The notes below the pieces were generated by a model, which worked only from the letters and a program-made list of their open reading frames with translations, was not told the origin of the DNA and made no database searches. This document shows positions 1-10,234 of a stretch of DNA of 64,000 bases, piece by piece. Numbering within the stretch: the first letter of the stretch is position 1; each line of letters starts with the position of its first letter. Source of the stretch: Candidatus Methanomethylicia archaeon (GTDB taxonomy: Archaea > Thermoproteota > Methanomethylicia > Culexarchaeales > Culexarchaeaceae). Location: positions 192,001-256,000 of the forward strand of contig JAVYVS010000001.1 in the NCBI GenBank assembly GCA_038727515.1, given 5' to 3'. Position numbers and translations under genes: made by a program.

Positions 1-22
1 TTACTGCTTCTATTAATTCCAT
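1..22 (-). CDS. 5' end of a gene running off the window, probably the TldE/PmbA partner
   Basis: ATG at 22-20 overlaps the tldD stop (TAATG) and reads MELIEAV. The identity is inferred only from the usual tldD-tldE pairing. Confidence 0.4.
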
Positions 23-1407
23 TACACCCTCCCCCCAACCATCATATTCTCAATTCTCATATGAGGTCCACCACATGTATTTCTCATTGATTGACCCATT
101 TTACCACAGAAGCTTGGATATATATCGAAATCCTTTGCTACTCCTGTTACATTTTTTAATGTTTCAAGTATAAATCCACTCATACTGAAATCCCTCAATC
201 TATCGGTTATTTCACCATTCTTTATGATATATGCTTCTTGTGCTCCAAATTGGAATATTCCTTCAGCTGGACTTACCTGTCCTCCTCTACCACCTTTAGC
301 ATATATTCCATACTTTATATCTTCAATTAATTCTTCAAAATTCATGTCTCCAGGTTGGAAGAATGTATTTGTCATTCTAACTATTGGTTGAAATCTATAA
401 TCTTGTGCTCTAGCATTTCCAGTTAATGGTAAACCCATTTTACCTGCAGCTTCTCTATTAGTTAGATACCCCTTTAATATCCCTTTTTGAATTATAACCT
501 TTCTTTGTGCTCTAATCCCTTCATCATCATATACATCTGTTCCAAATCTACCATTTATCGTAGCATCATCTATTAAAGTTACATGTTCAGAACCTATTTT
601 CTCACCTAGTTTTCCACGTAATATGCTTGTCCCCCTTAATACTCCATCTGCTTCTGATGCGTGTCCAATAGCTTCATGAGCTAGTAATCCTGAAAGTACT
701 CCATCTATTACAACTGTGAATTTTCCTCCTGGAGCTGGTTTAGCCTTTAATAATTCCATAGCTTTTTTGGCTGCTTCTCTAGATCTTTCTTCAGCATTCA
801 TTTTCTCAGTAACTTCAAATCCACCTAGCATTGCAAATCTATCTCTATATGATTGTATTAATCCAGCTTCTCTAGCATATGCCCACATACCCCAGTAAAC
901 CCATGAATTATTAATCTCTAATTGTGTACCATCACTTGTACATATAATCTTGTATTCAGAGTAATCATTGTAATTTGATGTTGTTTTTATATTTGGTGAT
1001 ACTTCCCTTGCAACATTATCTACATTTAATAGAAACTTTATTTTCTCTTCAATAGATACTTCTTCCAATGGTTCTTTCACATAGACTTTTACTTTATCCA
1101 TTGTTATAGTACTTGGAGCTAATTTTACTGGTTCTGTATCTATACTTGATTGCTTAGCCATTTTTATTGCTGTCGTTAATGCTGATTGTAATGAATCTTT
1201 ACTTATACTATTTGTTGTAGAGAAACCCCATCCACCCTTAAATAAGACTCTTATTGCAACACCTTGTTCTATTCCAGGTACTGCTGATATAACTTTTCCA
1301 TCTCTAACCTCTATATCTGTACTATGGAATTTTTGATATCTTGCTTCTACATACTCTAATCCTTCATTCACACCTTTATTTACCAACCATATTAATAAAT
1401 CCATCAT
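22..1407 (-). CDS. tldD: TldD/PmbA family metalloprotease (TldD subunit)
   Basis: HEAIGHASEAD motif, YDDEG, GNARAQ..PIVRMTNT and C-terminal CGKMGQ..GGPH. Confidence 0.93.
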   Translation of the reverse strand: MMDLLIWLVNKGVNEGLEYVEARYQKFHSTDIEVRDGKVISAVPGIEQGVAIRVLFKGGWGFSTTNSISKDSLQSALTTAIKMAKQSSIDTEPVKLAPSTITMDKVKVYVKEPLEEVSIEEKIKFLLNVDNVAREVSPNIKTTSNYNDYSEYKIICTSDGTQLEINNSWVYWGMWAYAREAGLIQSYRDRFAMLGGFEVTEKMNAEERSREAAKKAMELLKAKPAPGGKFTVVIDGVLSGLLAHEAIGHASEADGVLRGTSILRGKLGEKIGSEHVTLIDDATINGRFGTDVYDDEGIRAQRKVIIQKGILKGYLTNREAAGKMGLPLTGNARAQDYRFQPIVRMTNTFFQPGDMNFEELIEDIKYGIYAKGGRGGQVSPAEGIFQFGAQEAYIIKNGEITDRLRDFSMSGFILETLKNVTGVAKDFDIYPSFCGKMGQSMRNTCGGPHMRIENMMVGGRV

Positions 1408-1441
1408 GGCATTTTCAAAATAATATTTTTAAGATTATTTT

Positions 1442-2284
1442 TTATAATTTTCTAATCCAGAAATCAATCCAATACTCTAATGTTCTCTTTTTCATTTCTA
1501 ATCTTAATGGTTGATAAAACTCTATTTTGCTTATGATATCCATAATTTCATTTTTACCTAATCCTTTTTCTGAGAGTTCTTTTACTTCCATTTTTACTTT
1601 CTCCATAAAGTTTAGGTATTTTTCTACTTCCTCTTTTCCACATATTGGACCATGACCTGGAATTATCTTTTTTATCTTCATTTCTAAAATCATTTTTAAT
1701 GCTTTTATCCATTTATCTGGATCTGCTGTTGGGTCTCCTCCCCAAGGGAATGAATGGGAGAATATTATATCTCCAGAAAATAGTATTTCTTTATCTTTAA
1801 TGTATATTATGGATGAATCTTCTGTATGTCCACCAACGTTGATGATTTCCATATCTTCTAAAGTATATTTATCATCAAATACTTCATTTGGAGGTATTAT
1901 TTCACTTAATCCCTCATATAACCATGCGCTTTCAGGTCTTTCTACTTTTACTCTTTCAATTAAATTCTTTAATTCCTCCTTTCTCCATATGGTTTTCATG
2001 TTTTCCTCCATTATTTCTCTAAGTTTTCTATGTGAAATTATCTTACACTCTTTAAATTCTTGACATCCAAAGGTATGATCTGCATGGTAATGTGTTAATA
2101 TTAGATGTGTTATAGGCTTACTTGTTAATTTCATTATTTCATTTTTAGCTTCTCTTGCAATGGCTGGGAATCCTGCGTCAATAAATATAACTTTATCTTC
2201 ATAAATTATTGCTCCTATATTCCCTCCCTTTCCAAGTCTAGTATCCGCATATACATTCTCCAATACTTTCTCCAAGGTTTTCAC
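1442..2284 (-). CDS. MBL-fold metallo-hydrolase (cyclase-like)
   Basis: THYHADH, GGHT, FSGD and IPGHG motifs. Confidence 0.88.
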   Translation of the reverse strand: MKTLEKVLENVYADTRLGKGGNIGAIIYEDKVIFIDAGFPAIAREAKNEIMKLTSKPITHLILTHYHADHTFGCQEFKECKIISHRKLREIMEENMKTIWRKEELKNLIERVKVERPESAWLYEGLSEIIPPNEVFDDKYTLEDMEIINVGGHTEDSSIIYIKDKEILFSGDIIFSHSFPWGGDPTADPDKWIKALKMILEMKIKKIIPGHGPICGKEEVEKYLNFMEKVKMEVKELSEKGLGKNEIMDIISKIEFYQPLRLEMKKRTLEYWIDFWIRKL

Positions 2285-2384
2285 CGTTAAACATAATTCT
2301 ATTATTTATATATGAAGTATTTTGTTTATGGGTTACTGCAATGTAAAATATATTTATTACCAAAGTTATGTTTTATTGGTTTAT

Positions 2385-2765
2385 ATGTTGCTTCCCTGTG
2401 AGATTGCTGTTAAATTTGTTTTACCTAGTGTGAGGGCTGCTATTGCAACTAGGCTTATTTCAAATTATGGTTTAAAGCAAATGGATGCAGCTAAACTTTT
2501 AGGTATTAGTCAACCTGCTATTAGCTTATATACTAGACGTCTCCGTGGTGGTAAGTTACATCTTGAGGATTATCCAGATTTGACTGAGGCCATTGATAAA
2601 TTAGCTGGTATGCTGGTTAATGGTTATTCTAATTTTAATTCCTTTGTTGAAGAATTTTGTAGGATATGTAGACTTATTAAGTCTAAAGGTTTATTATGCT
2701 CATTTCATAAATTATTGGATTCAAATATTGATACCAGTAGATGTGATATTTGCAAATGTATTTAG
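2385..2765 (+). CDS. HTH transcriptional regulator (COG2522/ThiR-like N-terminus) with Cys-rich C-terminus
   Basis: MLLPCE..LPSVRAAIA..QMDAAKLLGISQPAISLY HTH; C-terminal CRIC..CSFH..CDIC. Start moved from 2322 to the ATG at 2385. Confidence 0.8.
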   Translation: MLLPCEIAVKFVLPSVRAAIATRLISNYGLKQMDAAKLLGISQPAISLYTRRLRGGKLHLEDYPDLTEAIDKLAGMLVNGYSNFNSFVEEFCRICRLIKSKGLLCSFHKLLDSNIDTSRCDICKCI

Positions 2766-2803
2766 GTGAAGCTTAATCTTAAAAATAGATATAAAATAAT
2801 TGT

Positions 2804-3220
2804 TTATACTGTTTTTATTTTTACTTCAACATTTTCCTTTAATGTCCATAAAACTGGGCAGTACTTTTCAGATAATTCGACTGCTTTTATAAGTTCTTCT
2901 TCTGGTATTCCTTCCGCTTTTATTTCAACTTCTATGGTTTTGTATCTCCTTGGAGTTTCCTCCATGGTTTCCCCTTTAACTACCACTTCAAATTTTTCTA
3001 CATTCAATTTTTTGGCATTTAGTATTCTTAGGGTTACTGATGATAGGCATCCTCCAAGTGCTGCTAATACTAATTCCATTGCTGAGGGGCCGTATCTCCT
3101 GTTTGCCCCTACAGTTTCCTCTGTTCCACCCATGGTTATTGTGAATCCTGTTTCTGTTACGGCTATTAGTCCTATCCCCTTATGTAATGAAACTCTTACT
3201 TCAGGCACATGTATCCCCAA
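2804..3220 (-). CDS. OsmC/YhfA family protein
   Basis: GPSAMELVLAALGGC and SEKYCPV two-cysteine signature. Confidence 0.88.
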   Translation of the reverse strand: MGIHVPEVRVSLHKGIGLIAVTETGFTITMGGTEETVGANRRYGPSAMELVLAALGGCLSSVTLRILNAKKLNVEKFEVVVKGETMEETPRRYKTIEVEIKAEGIPEEELIKAVELSEKYCPVLWTLKENVEVKIKTV

Positions 3221-3237
3221 ATGTTTATTTCAAATTT

Positions 3238-4014
3238 TTATTTAAGGTTTATTGGTTGATTTGGTAGATACCCTGTTAATTCTATGATTTTTATTATTTC
3301 TTCTTCTCTCTTCTTTGTGTATGTTAATTTTCTTTTTACATTGTCTATCCATGTAATATCGCTTCTCTTAGAATATTTTTCATAATATCCTTCTTCTTTG
3401 AGTTTTTCTATCATTATTTTTGCTGCTTCTATTAATTCATTGGGATCTGGTTCTCTATATTGGTTTATTGAGAGCATTATTTTTGTTGGTAATCTAGGTC
3501 TTATTGGCGGGTTTTCATCTGGATAACCAATGCATATTAGGAATAATGGTAGAACTCCATTTGGCAATTTTAATAGTTCAATTAACCTTTTGTTTGCTAA
3601 GGCTGTTCCAACGTAAACTGATGATAATCCAAGTGATTCTGCTGCTATCACTATGTTTTGTGCTGCTAGTGTTGCATCAATTATGGAGAATAATTTTACT
3701 TCGTATCCACATTCCATTTTTTGGTTATTGCATTCATCTATTGCATCTACTATTTTGAGTATTTTTCTTACGTCTGCACATACTACTAGTGTTATTGGGG
3801 CTTCAAGTATGAATGATTGTTTACCACATGCTTCATATACTTCTTTCCTTATTTTATCGTCTTTTACCCATATTATACTGTATGTTTGTAGTGAGCATGC
3901 TGTTGGAGCTCTTTGTCCTGCTTCAATTAATTTATAGACTATTTCTTCTGGTATTGGTGTGTTTTTAAATTTCCTTATTGTCCTTCTATTCATTATTACT
4001 TCTAGTGTTTTCAT
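3238..4014 (-). CDS. Nitroreductase family (NfsA/Frp-like) flavoprotein
   Basis: RRTIRKF, APTACSLQ, DATLAAQN..AESLGL, IGYPDE..RPRLP. Start ATG 4014 or GTG 4023. Confidence 0.88.
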   Translation of the reverse strand: MKTLEVIMNRRTIRKFKNTPIPEEIVYKLIEAGQRAPTACSLQTYSIIWVKDDKIRKEVYEACGKQSFILEAPITLVVCADVRKILKIVDAIDECNNQKMECGYEVKLFSIIDATLAAQNIVIAAESLGLSSVYVGTALANKRLIELLKLPNGVLPLFLICIGYPDENPPIRPRLPTKIMLSINQYREPDPNELIEAAKIMIEKLKEEGYYEKYSKRSDITWIDNVKRKLTYTKKREEEIIKIIELTGYLPNQPINLK

Positions 4015-5977
4015 GTTTTTCACCTTTATCTTTTGATTTTAGATATTTATCAAACCATTCCATCATATACTTCAATCTTTTTACTCTGTTTTTAGGTTTT
4101 CCAGATCTACTGAATACATGGCTTCCCTCTGTGAAGAGTAATAGTTTTGCTTCTTTTCTAAGATATTTTAGTGCTGTATAGAAGAGTAGTGCCTGGTCTA
4201 TGTAGCATCTATAGTCTTCCATGCTATGTATTATTAGTATTGGTGTTTGAACTTTATCTGCATGTGTTATTGGTGATTTATTTATCCATTCTTCTCTATT
4301 TGTCCACCAGTCTCCACCTATCTGGTCTGGTACAAAGTGGAATCCTATGTCTGTGGTTCCGAATTCTGCTAGCCAACAGCTTATTCCATTTAATGATACT
4401 GCTGCTTTAAATTTGTTTGTTTGTGTTATTATCCAGTTTGTCATATATCCTCCATAACTTATTCCTGTGATGCCTATTCTTTCTTCATCTATTGATGGAT
4501 AGGTTTTTGTAATGTAGTCTACCATTTCCATGAAGTCTTGGTAGTCTCTTTCACCATATTTCCTTCTTATGTCTGCAAATTCTTCACTGTATCCTCCGCT
4601 TCCTCTAATGTTTGCGTATACTACTATGTAGCCATTTGATGCGAAGATTTGATGTTCAAACATTAATGAATATCCAAATGTGCTTTTTGGTCCTCCATGT
4701 ATGAATATTATTGTGGGATATTTCTTCCCCTCCACATAGTTTACTGGTTTTATTAGCCATCCTTCAATTATTTCTCCATCTGATGCTTTAAATTGGAATT
4801 TCTCATGTGTTTGTAAGTATACTTCTTTTAGTATTTCATCGTTGAAGTTTGTTAATTTCCTTTCAATCCCATTTTCCATTACGTATATTTCTGCTGGTGT
4901 ATTTTCTGTTATTTTTGTGTATACGATTTTTCCATTTTTTACTTGGAAGTTGTCTATTATGAAGTTTCCTACAACTACTCCCTCTATATCCTCTGTTTTT
5001 AGATTCATTTTGTATATATTGTGTGTTCCACCTTTTGTTAATGTGAAGTATAATTCTTCTCTTTCTATTATTGGTGGTTGTGGTGATTGGTAAGGTCCTC
5101 TAACATCATAGTATATACTTAGATTTGTTTGATATCCTGTTTTACCTGTTAAATTCCTTATTTCTCCTGTGCTTATGTTTATCATCCATATTCCTTCATG
5201 TGTTGGATAGCCCCTTTTGTAATCATTTCCTTTGAAGTATATTCTTTCATTGCAGGGGCACCATGCCATTGGTCCTATACCCATGTCTGGATGATCTAAT
5301 CTTATTGTTTCTCCATTTTCTAAGTCTATTATATGTAGTTTTTGTTTTCTTGGTTCAAGATAGTTTGTTGTTGCTGCAAAAGCTATTTTCTTCCCATCAT
5401 TAGAGTATTTTGCCTCTATTATATTCATTTCTCCATGGGTTAATTGATTTATTTCTCCAGAATTTACTTCTATTTGGAATAGATGTATTTGTATGTGATG
5501 TGTAAATCCAATTCCATCAAACCATATTGGTATTCTGTCTATGAGTCTTGCTTCAGAATCTATTTCTCCACTTATCACCGGTGATCTGTATAGTATGTAT
5601 CTCCCATTTGGACTCCATGATGGTTGTATTATTCCAGTTTTACTTTTAATTATTAGTCTTGGTTCTCCACCCTTTATTGGTAGTAGCCATAATTCATTTC
5701 CAGGTTCTCTCTCCTTTATTGTTCTCTTTGATAAGAAGAGTATATATTTTCCATTTGGGCTCCATCTAGGCCATGTATCTGTGAAGCCATTTGTTGATAA
5801 TTCTATTTCCCCTGTTTCTGAGTTTATAATCCATATTTTTGAGTTGTATGTATTTCCTTCTTGATCTGGTTTTAGTGTTACGAAGGCTATGTATTTTCCA
5901 TTTGGGGATATTTGTGGGTCGTTTACTGATGTAAATCTATTGTAATCTTCTATTTTTAGTGGTCTCATAATTTTCAT
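3986..5977 (-). CDS. S9C family acylaminoacyl peptidase
   Basis: WSPNG beta-propeller repeats, IHGGP, GISYGG nucleophile elbow, D(YRC) and GSH catalytic residues. Confidence 0.93.
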   Translation of the reverse strand: MKIMRPLKIEDYNRFTSVNDPQISPNGKYIAFVTLKPDQEGNTYNSKIWIINSETGEIELSTNGFTDTWPRWSPNGKYILFLSKRTIKEREPGNELWLLPIKGGEPRLIIKSKTGIIQPSWSPNGRYILYRSPVISGEIDSEARLIDRIPIWFDGIGFTHHIQIHLFQIEVNSGEINQLTHGEMNIIEAKYSNDGKKIAFAATTNYLEPRKQKLHIIDLENGETIRLDHPDMGIGPMAWCPCNERIYFKGNDYKRGYPTHEGIWMINISTGEIRNLTGKTGYQTNLSIYYDVRGPYQSPQPPIIEREELYFTLTKGGTHNIYKMNLKTEDIEGVVVGNFIIDNFQVKNGKIVYTKITENTPAEIYVMENGIERKLTNFNDEILKEVYLQTHEKFQFKASDGEIIEGWLIKPVNYVEGKKYPTIIFIHGGPKSTFGYSLMFEHQIFASNGYIVVYANIRGSGGYSEEFADIRRKYGERDYQDFMEMVDYITKTYPSIDEERIGITGISYGGYMTNWIITQTNKFKAAVSLNGISCWLAEFGTTDIGFHFVPDQIGGDWWTNREEWINKSPITHADKVQTPILIIHSMEDYRCYIDQALLFYTALKYLRKEAKLLLFTEGSHVFSRSGKPKNRVKRLKYMMEWFDKYLKSKDKGEKHENTRSNNE

Positions 5978-6018
5978 TGTTAACTATATCATCTATTTTA
6001 TTTAATCTATTTGATTTG

Positions 6019-7035
6019 TTATGATTGTGTTAATTCATCTATTAATTTATTGTATATTTCTATGGCTTCTTCTTCACTTTTTACTCCTTTTATTATCATT
6101 CTTCCATTCTTGAATATGCTTACATCCTTTTCATCATATTTTATTGCTATCATAATTTCCGTTGATATTTTTATTTGGTATCGTTTAGATAGTTTTTCTC
6201 TAATTTCCTTTATGTTTATCTTCACTGGTTTTATTGGATTTACATTTATCGTGTTTCTTCCACATAGCCATGTTATTTTTGGTTGTGTTATTTCTATTTC
6301 GGTTTTTTGTTTGCATACTGGACAATTCTCTCTTTTGCTTATGTTTATTTTGTGGAATTCCATGGTTTTGAAATCACATACTAATAGTTTTCCCTTTAAT
6401 CCATTTTCTATTCCTGCTATTAGTTTTATTGCTTCCATTGCTTCTATGGATCCAATTATTCCTGGTGTTGCCCCTATTACTCCTCTTGTTTCACATGTGG
6501 GTATTAGGTTGTCATCTATTTTTGGGAATATGCATTCTAGGCATGGTGTTTCTGGTGGATGTATTACTGTTATATTTCCTTCTAATCCTATTGCTCCTGC
6601 GAATATGTATGGAATATTCTTTTTAACGCTTACTCTATTTATTATATATCTTGTAGTCATATTGTCGAGTCCATCCACTATAACGTCTACACCATCTAAG
6701 AGCTCTTCTGCATTTAATTGGTTTAAGTGTTCTGGTATTGGTTCTACTTTTACTTGTGGATTCATTTTTGATAGTTTTCTTGCTGCTACTTCAACTTTTG
6801 GTTGACCAATTTCACTTGGATCGTATAGTATTTGTCTATGTAGATTGTGTTCTTCAATTATGTCGTGATCTATTATTCTTATATGTCCGATTCCTGCTAA
6901 GGTTAGGTATATTGATGCTATGCTTCCAAGTCCTCCAATTCCTACAATAGCCACTTTTGCTTTCATTAATTTTCTTTGTCCTTCAATTCCAAGTTCTCTT
7001 AATGCTATCTGCCTTGAATAATATTCACTTATCAT
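6019..7035 (-). CDS. ThiF/MoeB/HesA family adenylyltransferase (E1-like) with C-terminal extra domain
   Basis: YSRQ, GIGGLG, NLHRQ, DGLDN, CLEC/CPVC Zn motifs, TCETRGV active Cys; LCGR..FKNGRMIIKG tail. Confidence 0.9.
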   Translation of the reverse strand: MISEYYSRQIALRELGIEGQRKLMKAKVAIVGIGGLGSIASIYLTLAGIGHIRIIDHDIIEEHNLHRQILYDPSEIGQPKVEVAARKLSKMNPQVKVEPIPEHLNQLNAEELLDGVDVIVDGLDNMTTRYIINRVSVKKNIPYIFAGAIGLEGNITVIHPPETPCLECIFPKIDDNLIPTCETRGVIGATPGIIGSIEAMEAIKLIAGIENGLKGKLLVCDFKTMEFHKINISKRENCPVCKQKTEIEITQPKITWLCGRNTINVNPIKPVKINIKEIREKLSKRYQIKISTEIMIAIKYDEKDVSIFKNGRMIIKGVKSEEEAIEIYNKLIDELTQS

Positions 7036-7079
7036 TTCGGGTTAATTCTATATTTTAATTTTGATTTATATGTTTTCTT

Positions 7080-8528
7080 TCACCATACTTTATTTGTTGT
7101 TTTCCAAGTTACGTATGCATATGGTATTGTTAAGGTTAGTATACATAGTGCTGATGCTTTGTAACCAAATATTAATAGGATTATCATTGCGATTAATCCC
7201 ATTATTGTTGTTATGCTTTCTATAATTCCAGATCTTCTGCTACTGCTTTTCTTTGCAATTTCTCCTTTTGGTGTGATATTCCATTTCTCTCTTTTACCGA
7301 ATATTATTTTTATGTCTTGTAACAGTATGTGTATAGCTAGTGCTGTGGCTAGTGCTGTGCATCTACCCATTATGGTTATGCTTTTCCATGTTTTTAATCC
7401 AAGTTTTTTTGCTGTATGCATGTATGATGCTGCTTCTAATGCTGATAATACTATTGTTATTGGTATTAGGGGTGTTATTTGGGATATGATATCCATTCTT
7501 ACTATTATTGATGATATTGCAAGTATTGCCATTGCAAAATTTGCTAGTACTGCTTGATATTGTAATAGATATAGTATTACATCTATCTTCCATATTAATG
7601 GTATTTTTGCATTAATTATTCTTGTGGCATTTTTCACTAGTGTTTGTACTGCTCCATATATCCATCTTGATTGTTGTTTTTTGAAATCTTCATAGTTTGA
7701 TGGAACTTCAACTTTTACTTCTGTTTCATCTAGATATCCAATGCGTTTACCTTTTGTTACTAGTTTTACTGATAGATCTAAGTCTTCTGCTAGTGATTCT
7801 TCATTCCAACCCCCTAATTCCATTAGTACATCTCTTTTGAATATGCATCCACATCCAGGTATTATTATTGGCTTTCTTGATATTGCTCTTCCCCTAAGTA
7901 TTATTGATGTTAGGAATTCCATGGAGATTGCTTGTGCTTCCGATATTGGTGAATCATTTATGTTTAATGTAGACCATTTTGTTGCAATTGCATCTAATTT
8001 TTCTCCTTCCATGTATGCTATTGCCTTTTCTATTAGATCTTCCTTTGGAATTGCATCTGCATCAAATACTACTATATATTTTCCATTACTTCTTTTTAAT
8101 GCGTAATTTAATGCTCCTGCTTTAAATCCTCTTCTTTCCTCTCTCCTATAGATTTTTATGTTTAAATTGTATTTAGATGATGCTTTCATAACTTCATTTT
8201 CAATGTTCATATACTTTTCCTTTGTATCATCGCTTACTATTATTATCTCCATTTTATCCTTTGGATATGATTGTTTTGATAATGCTTCTATCAATCTTAA
8301 AATTATATTTATTGATTCATTTACTGTTGGTATTATTACTGTTATTTCTGGTGCTTTCTCTAAGTCTAGATTGTACTTATTTATTTTGTATTCTCTTTTT
8401 CTTCCAATCCAGTAGTATATTGAATGGAATATTATTATTGTCCATACTAATGAATATATTGCAATTACTAGTATTGTTGCATGTATTGGTTGTATTGTTG
8501 GTGTCACTATTTGCAGCATTCTCATCAA
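7080..8528 (-). CDS. Membrane-bound processive GT2 glycosyltransferase (cellulose-synthase-like)
   Basis: DD, GFKAGALN, FDAD, AEDLD and QQSRW motifs; N- and C-terminal TM helices. Confidence 0.88.
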   Translation of the reverse strand: MMRMLQIVTPTIQPIHATILVIAIYSLVWTIIIFHSIYYWIGRKREYKINKYNLDLEKAPEITVIIPTVNESINIILRLIEALSKQSYPKDKMEIIIVSDDTKEKYMNIENEVMKASSKYNLNIKIYRREERRGFKAGALNYALKRSNGKYIVVFDADAIPKEDLIEKAIAYMEGEKLDAIATKWSTLNINDSPISEAQAISMEFLTSIILRGRAISRKPIIIPGCGCIFKRDVLMELGGWNEESLAEDLDLSVKLVTKGKRIGYLDETEVKVEVPSNYEDFKKQQSRWIYGAVQTLVKNATRIINAKIPLIWKIDVILYLLQYQAVLANFAMAILAISSIIVRMDIISQITPLIPITIVLSALEAASYMHTAKKLGLKTWKSITIMGRCTALATALAIHILLQDIKIIFGKREKWNITPKGEIAKKSSSRRSGIIESITTIMGLIAMIILLIFGYKASALCILTLTIPYAYVTWKTTNKVW

Positions 8529-8651
8529 TCCCTAGAGTTTAATGTAACTATGCTTTAATTCTTAAATTACAAGAGTATATTATCTACATTTTAATGTTTT
8601 GGTTTTGGATAGGTATATATTGTTGTTTACATGTTGTTATAATGTGTTTTT

Positions 8652-9515
8652 ATGAGGTTGACTGTGGATTTTGTTAAGTATCATGGATGTGGTAATGATT
8701 TTATAGTTGTAGATGAATTGGATGGTGAAGTTGTTCCTGAAAAATTTAAAGGTTTATTTTCAATGAAGGTTTGTCGTAGAAGGTTTTCTATTGGTGCTGA
8801 TGATGTTCTATTTATTGTTCCCTCCACGTGTGGTGCTCATGGTTTTATGAGGGTTCTTGAGCCTGATGGTACTGAAGCTGAAATGTGTGGTAATGGTTTA
8901 CGTTGTGTAGCCAGTTACTTATCTGAGAAATTTAATTTAAATGAATTGAAAATTGAAACTAAAGCTGGAGTTTTAAATGTGTGGAAGGTTGAAGATGGAT
9001 GGTTTAAAGTGAATATGGGTGTACTAAGGAAGACTTTTGGGGAATTGAAAAATTATGTTAATCTAAATTTTAGGGATGATGAAGAATTAATTGCTAAACG
9101 TTTAAAACTCCCATTACTGGGTGAAATTGAATTATCAATTGTTAATACCGGCGTCCCACATGTTGTAGTCTTTGTAGATGATGTAGATAAAATTGATTTA
9201 AACCTATATGCTGAAGCTATTTCAAAAAATAAAACATTATTTCCAGAAGGTATATGTGTGAATGTTGTTGAAGTTTTGAATGATCATTCCATTAAGGTTA
9301 GAACTTATGAAAGTGGCGTTTGGGATGAAACTTATGCTTGTGGAACTGGATCTACTGCTTCAGCTGCAGTAGCATATATACTTGGAAAAATTAAAAGTAG
9401 AACTGTTGATGTACATGTTCGTGGAGGATTACTAAAAATTATTGTTGATGACCCGTTATATATGATTGGACCTGTAGAAAAAGTTTTTACAGGTAGAATA
9501 ACTATTGAAATCTAA
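8652..9515 (+). CDS. dapF: Diaminopimelate epimerase (DapF)-family PLP-independent racemase; substrate pocket atypical
   Basis: KYHGCGNDF, EMCGNG, GVPH, ETYACGTG with both catalytic Cys. Several DAP-binding residues are substituted (see findings). Confidence 0.8.
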   Translation: MRLTVDFVKYHGCGNDFIVVDELDGEVVPEKFKGLFSMKVCRRRFSIGADDVLFIVPSTCGAHGFMRVLEPDGTEAEMCGNGLRCVASYLSEKFNLNELKIETKAGVLNVWKVEDGWFKVNMGVLRKTFGELKNYVNLNFRDDEELIAKRLKLPLLGEIELSIVNTGVPHVVVFVDDVDKIDLNLYAEAISKNKTLFPEGICVNVVEVLNDHSIKVRTYESGVWDETYACGTGSTASAAVAYILGKIKSRTVDVHVRGGLLKIIVDDPLYMIGPVEKVFTGRITIEI

Positions 9516-9541
9516 AAAATAAAAAGAAGTAAATTTATGGT

Positions 9542-10234
9542 TTATTTGCTTTTCTTCATGTAATCTAATGCTACTGCCACTACTAATGCTATTGCTGCTA
9601 TTACACATACGTATGGAGCTGGGTATGTGAAGTATAGGAATCTTATTCTCCCAATGAATAATGAAATTCTACTCATAATTGTTAATCCGAAGCTTCCTCC
9701 AAACCCTGCTACAAGAGTGTATCTACCAATTTTAGCCACAGTGTTTAATGGTCCTTTAAATTCTGCTGTGAAGTAGAAGTAGAATAATGCTGTTAATACT
9801 CCTATTGCCACTAATACTCCATCCAATGGCTTTGGTAGTAGGACTACTGTAGTTGTAGATTCACTTATTGTGGATCTAATTTGTTCAAGGAATTGCGTTT
9901 TTATGTATCTTGCCACTATTGTTCCAATGCTTGTTCCTAATACTATGGCTGTTGGATACCTGTATAGGTAGAAGTATTTTCTTGTGAAGAAGAAAATGTA
10001 TAGTAATCCAATTGGTACTGTTAGCCACCACCACCATTGCCCTTTAGAAACATAATCATAGAGGTATACCCATGCTGTGTCTACACTTATTAGTGTTGTA
10101 TATGCTGCAGCGGCACCCATGTATGCATGTTCTGCAATTCTGAAAAACCTATTTTCCTTGTAAAGCCAACTGAATAACATTAACGTTATTCCAGCGGCAA
10201 CTATCGTTACTATAGTATCCATACTTAGGGACAT
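9542..10234 (-). CDS. Uncharacterised polytopic membrane protein (4th gene of DUF6754 module)
   Basis: About 6-7 hydrophobic segments, YKENRFFRIAEH; abuts the upstream gene. Confidence 0.75.
   Translation of the reverse strand: MSLSMDTIVTIVAAGITLMLFSWLYKENRFFRIAEHAYMGAAAAYTTLISVDTAWVYLYDYVSKGQWWWWLTVPIGLLYIFFFTRKYFYLYRYPTAIVLGTSIGTIVARYIKTQFLEQIRSTISESTTTVVLLPKPLDGVLVAIGVLTALFYFYFTAEFKGPLNTVAKIGRYTLVAGFGGSFGLTIMSRISLFIGRIRFLYFTYPAPYVCVIAAIALVVAVALDYMKKSK

Noticed and set aside
22-7035. RiPP cluster (TldD + ThiF + nitroreductase + S9 peptidase)
   Set aside because: No YcaO, radical SAM or precursor peptide is visible, and each gene is a common housekeeping type.
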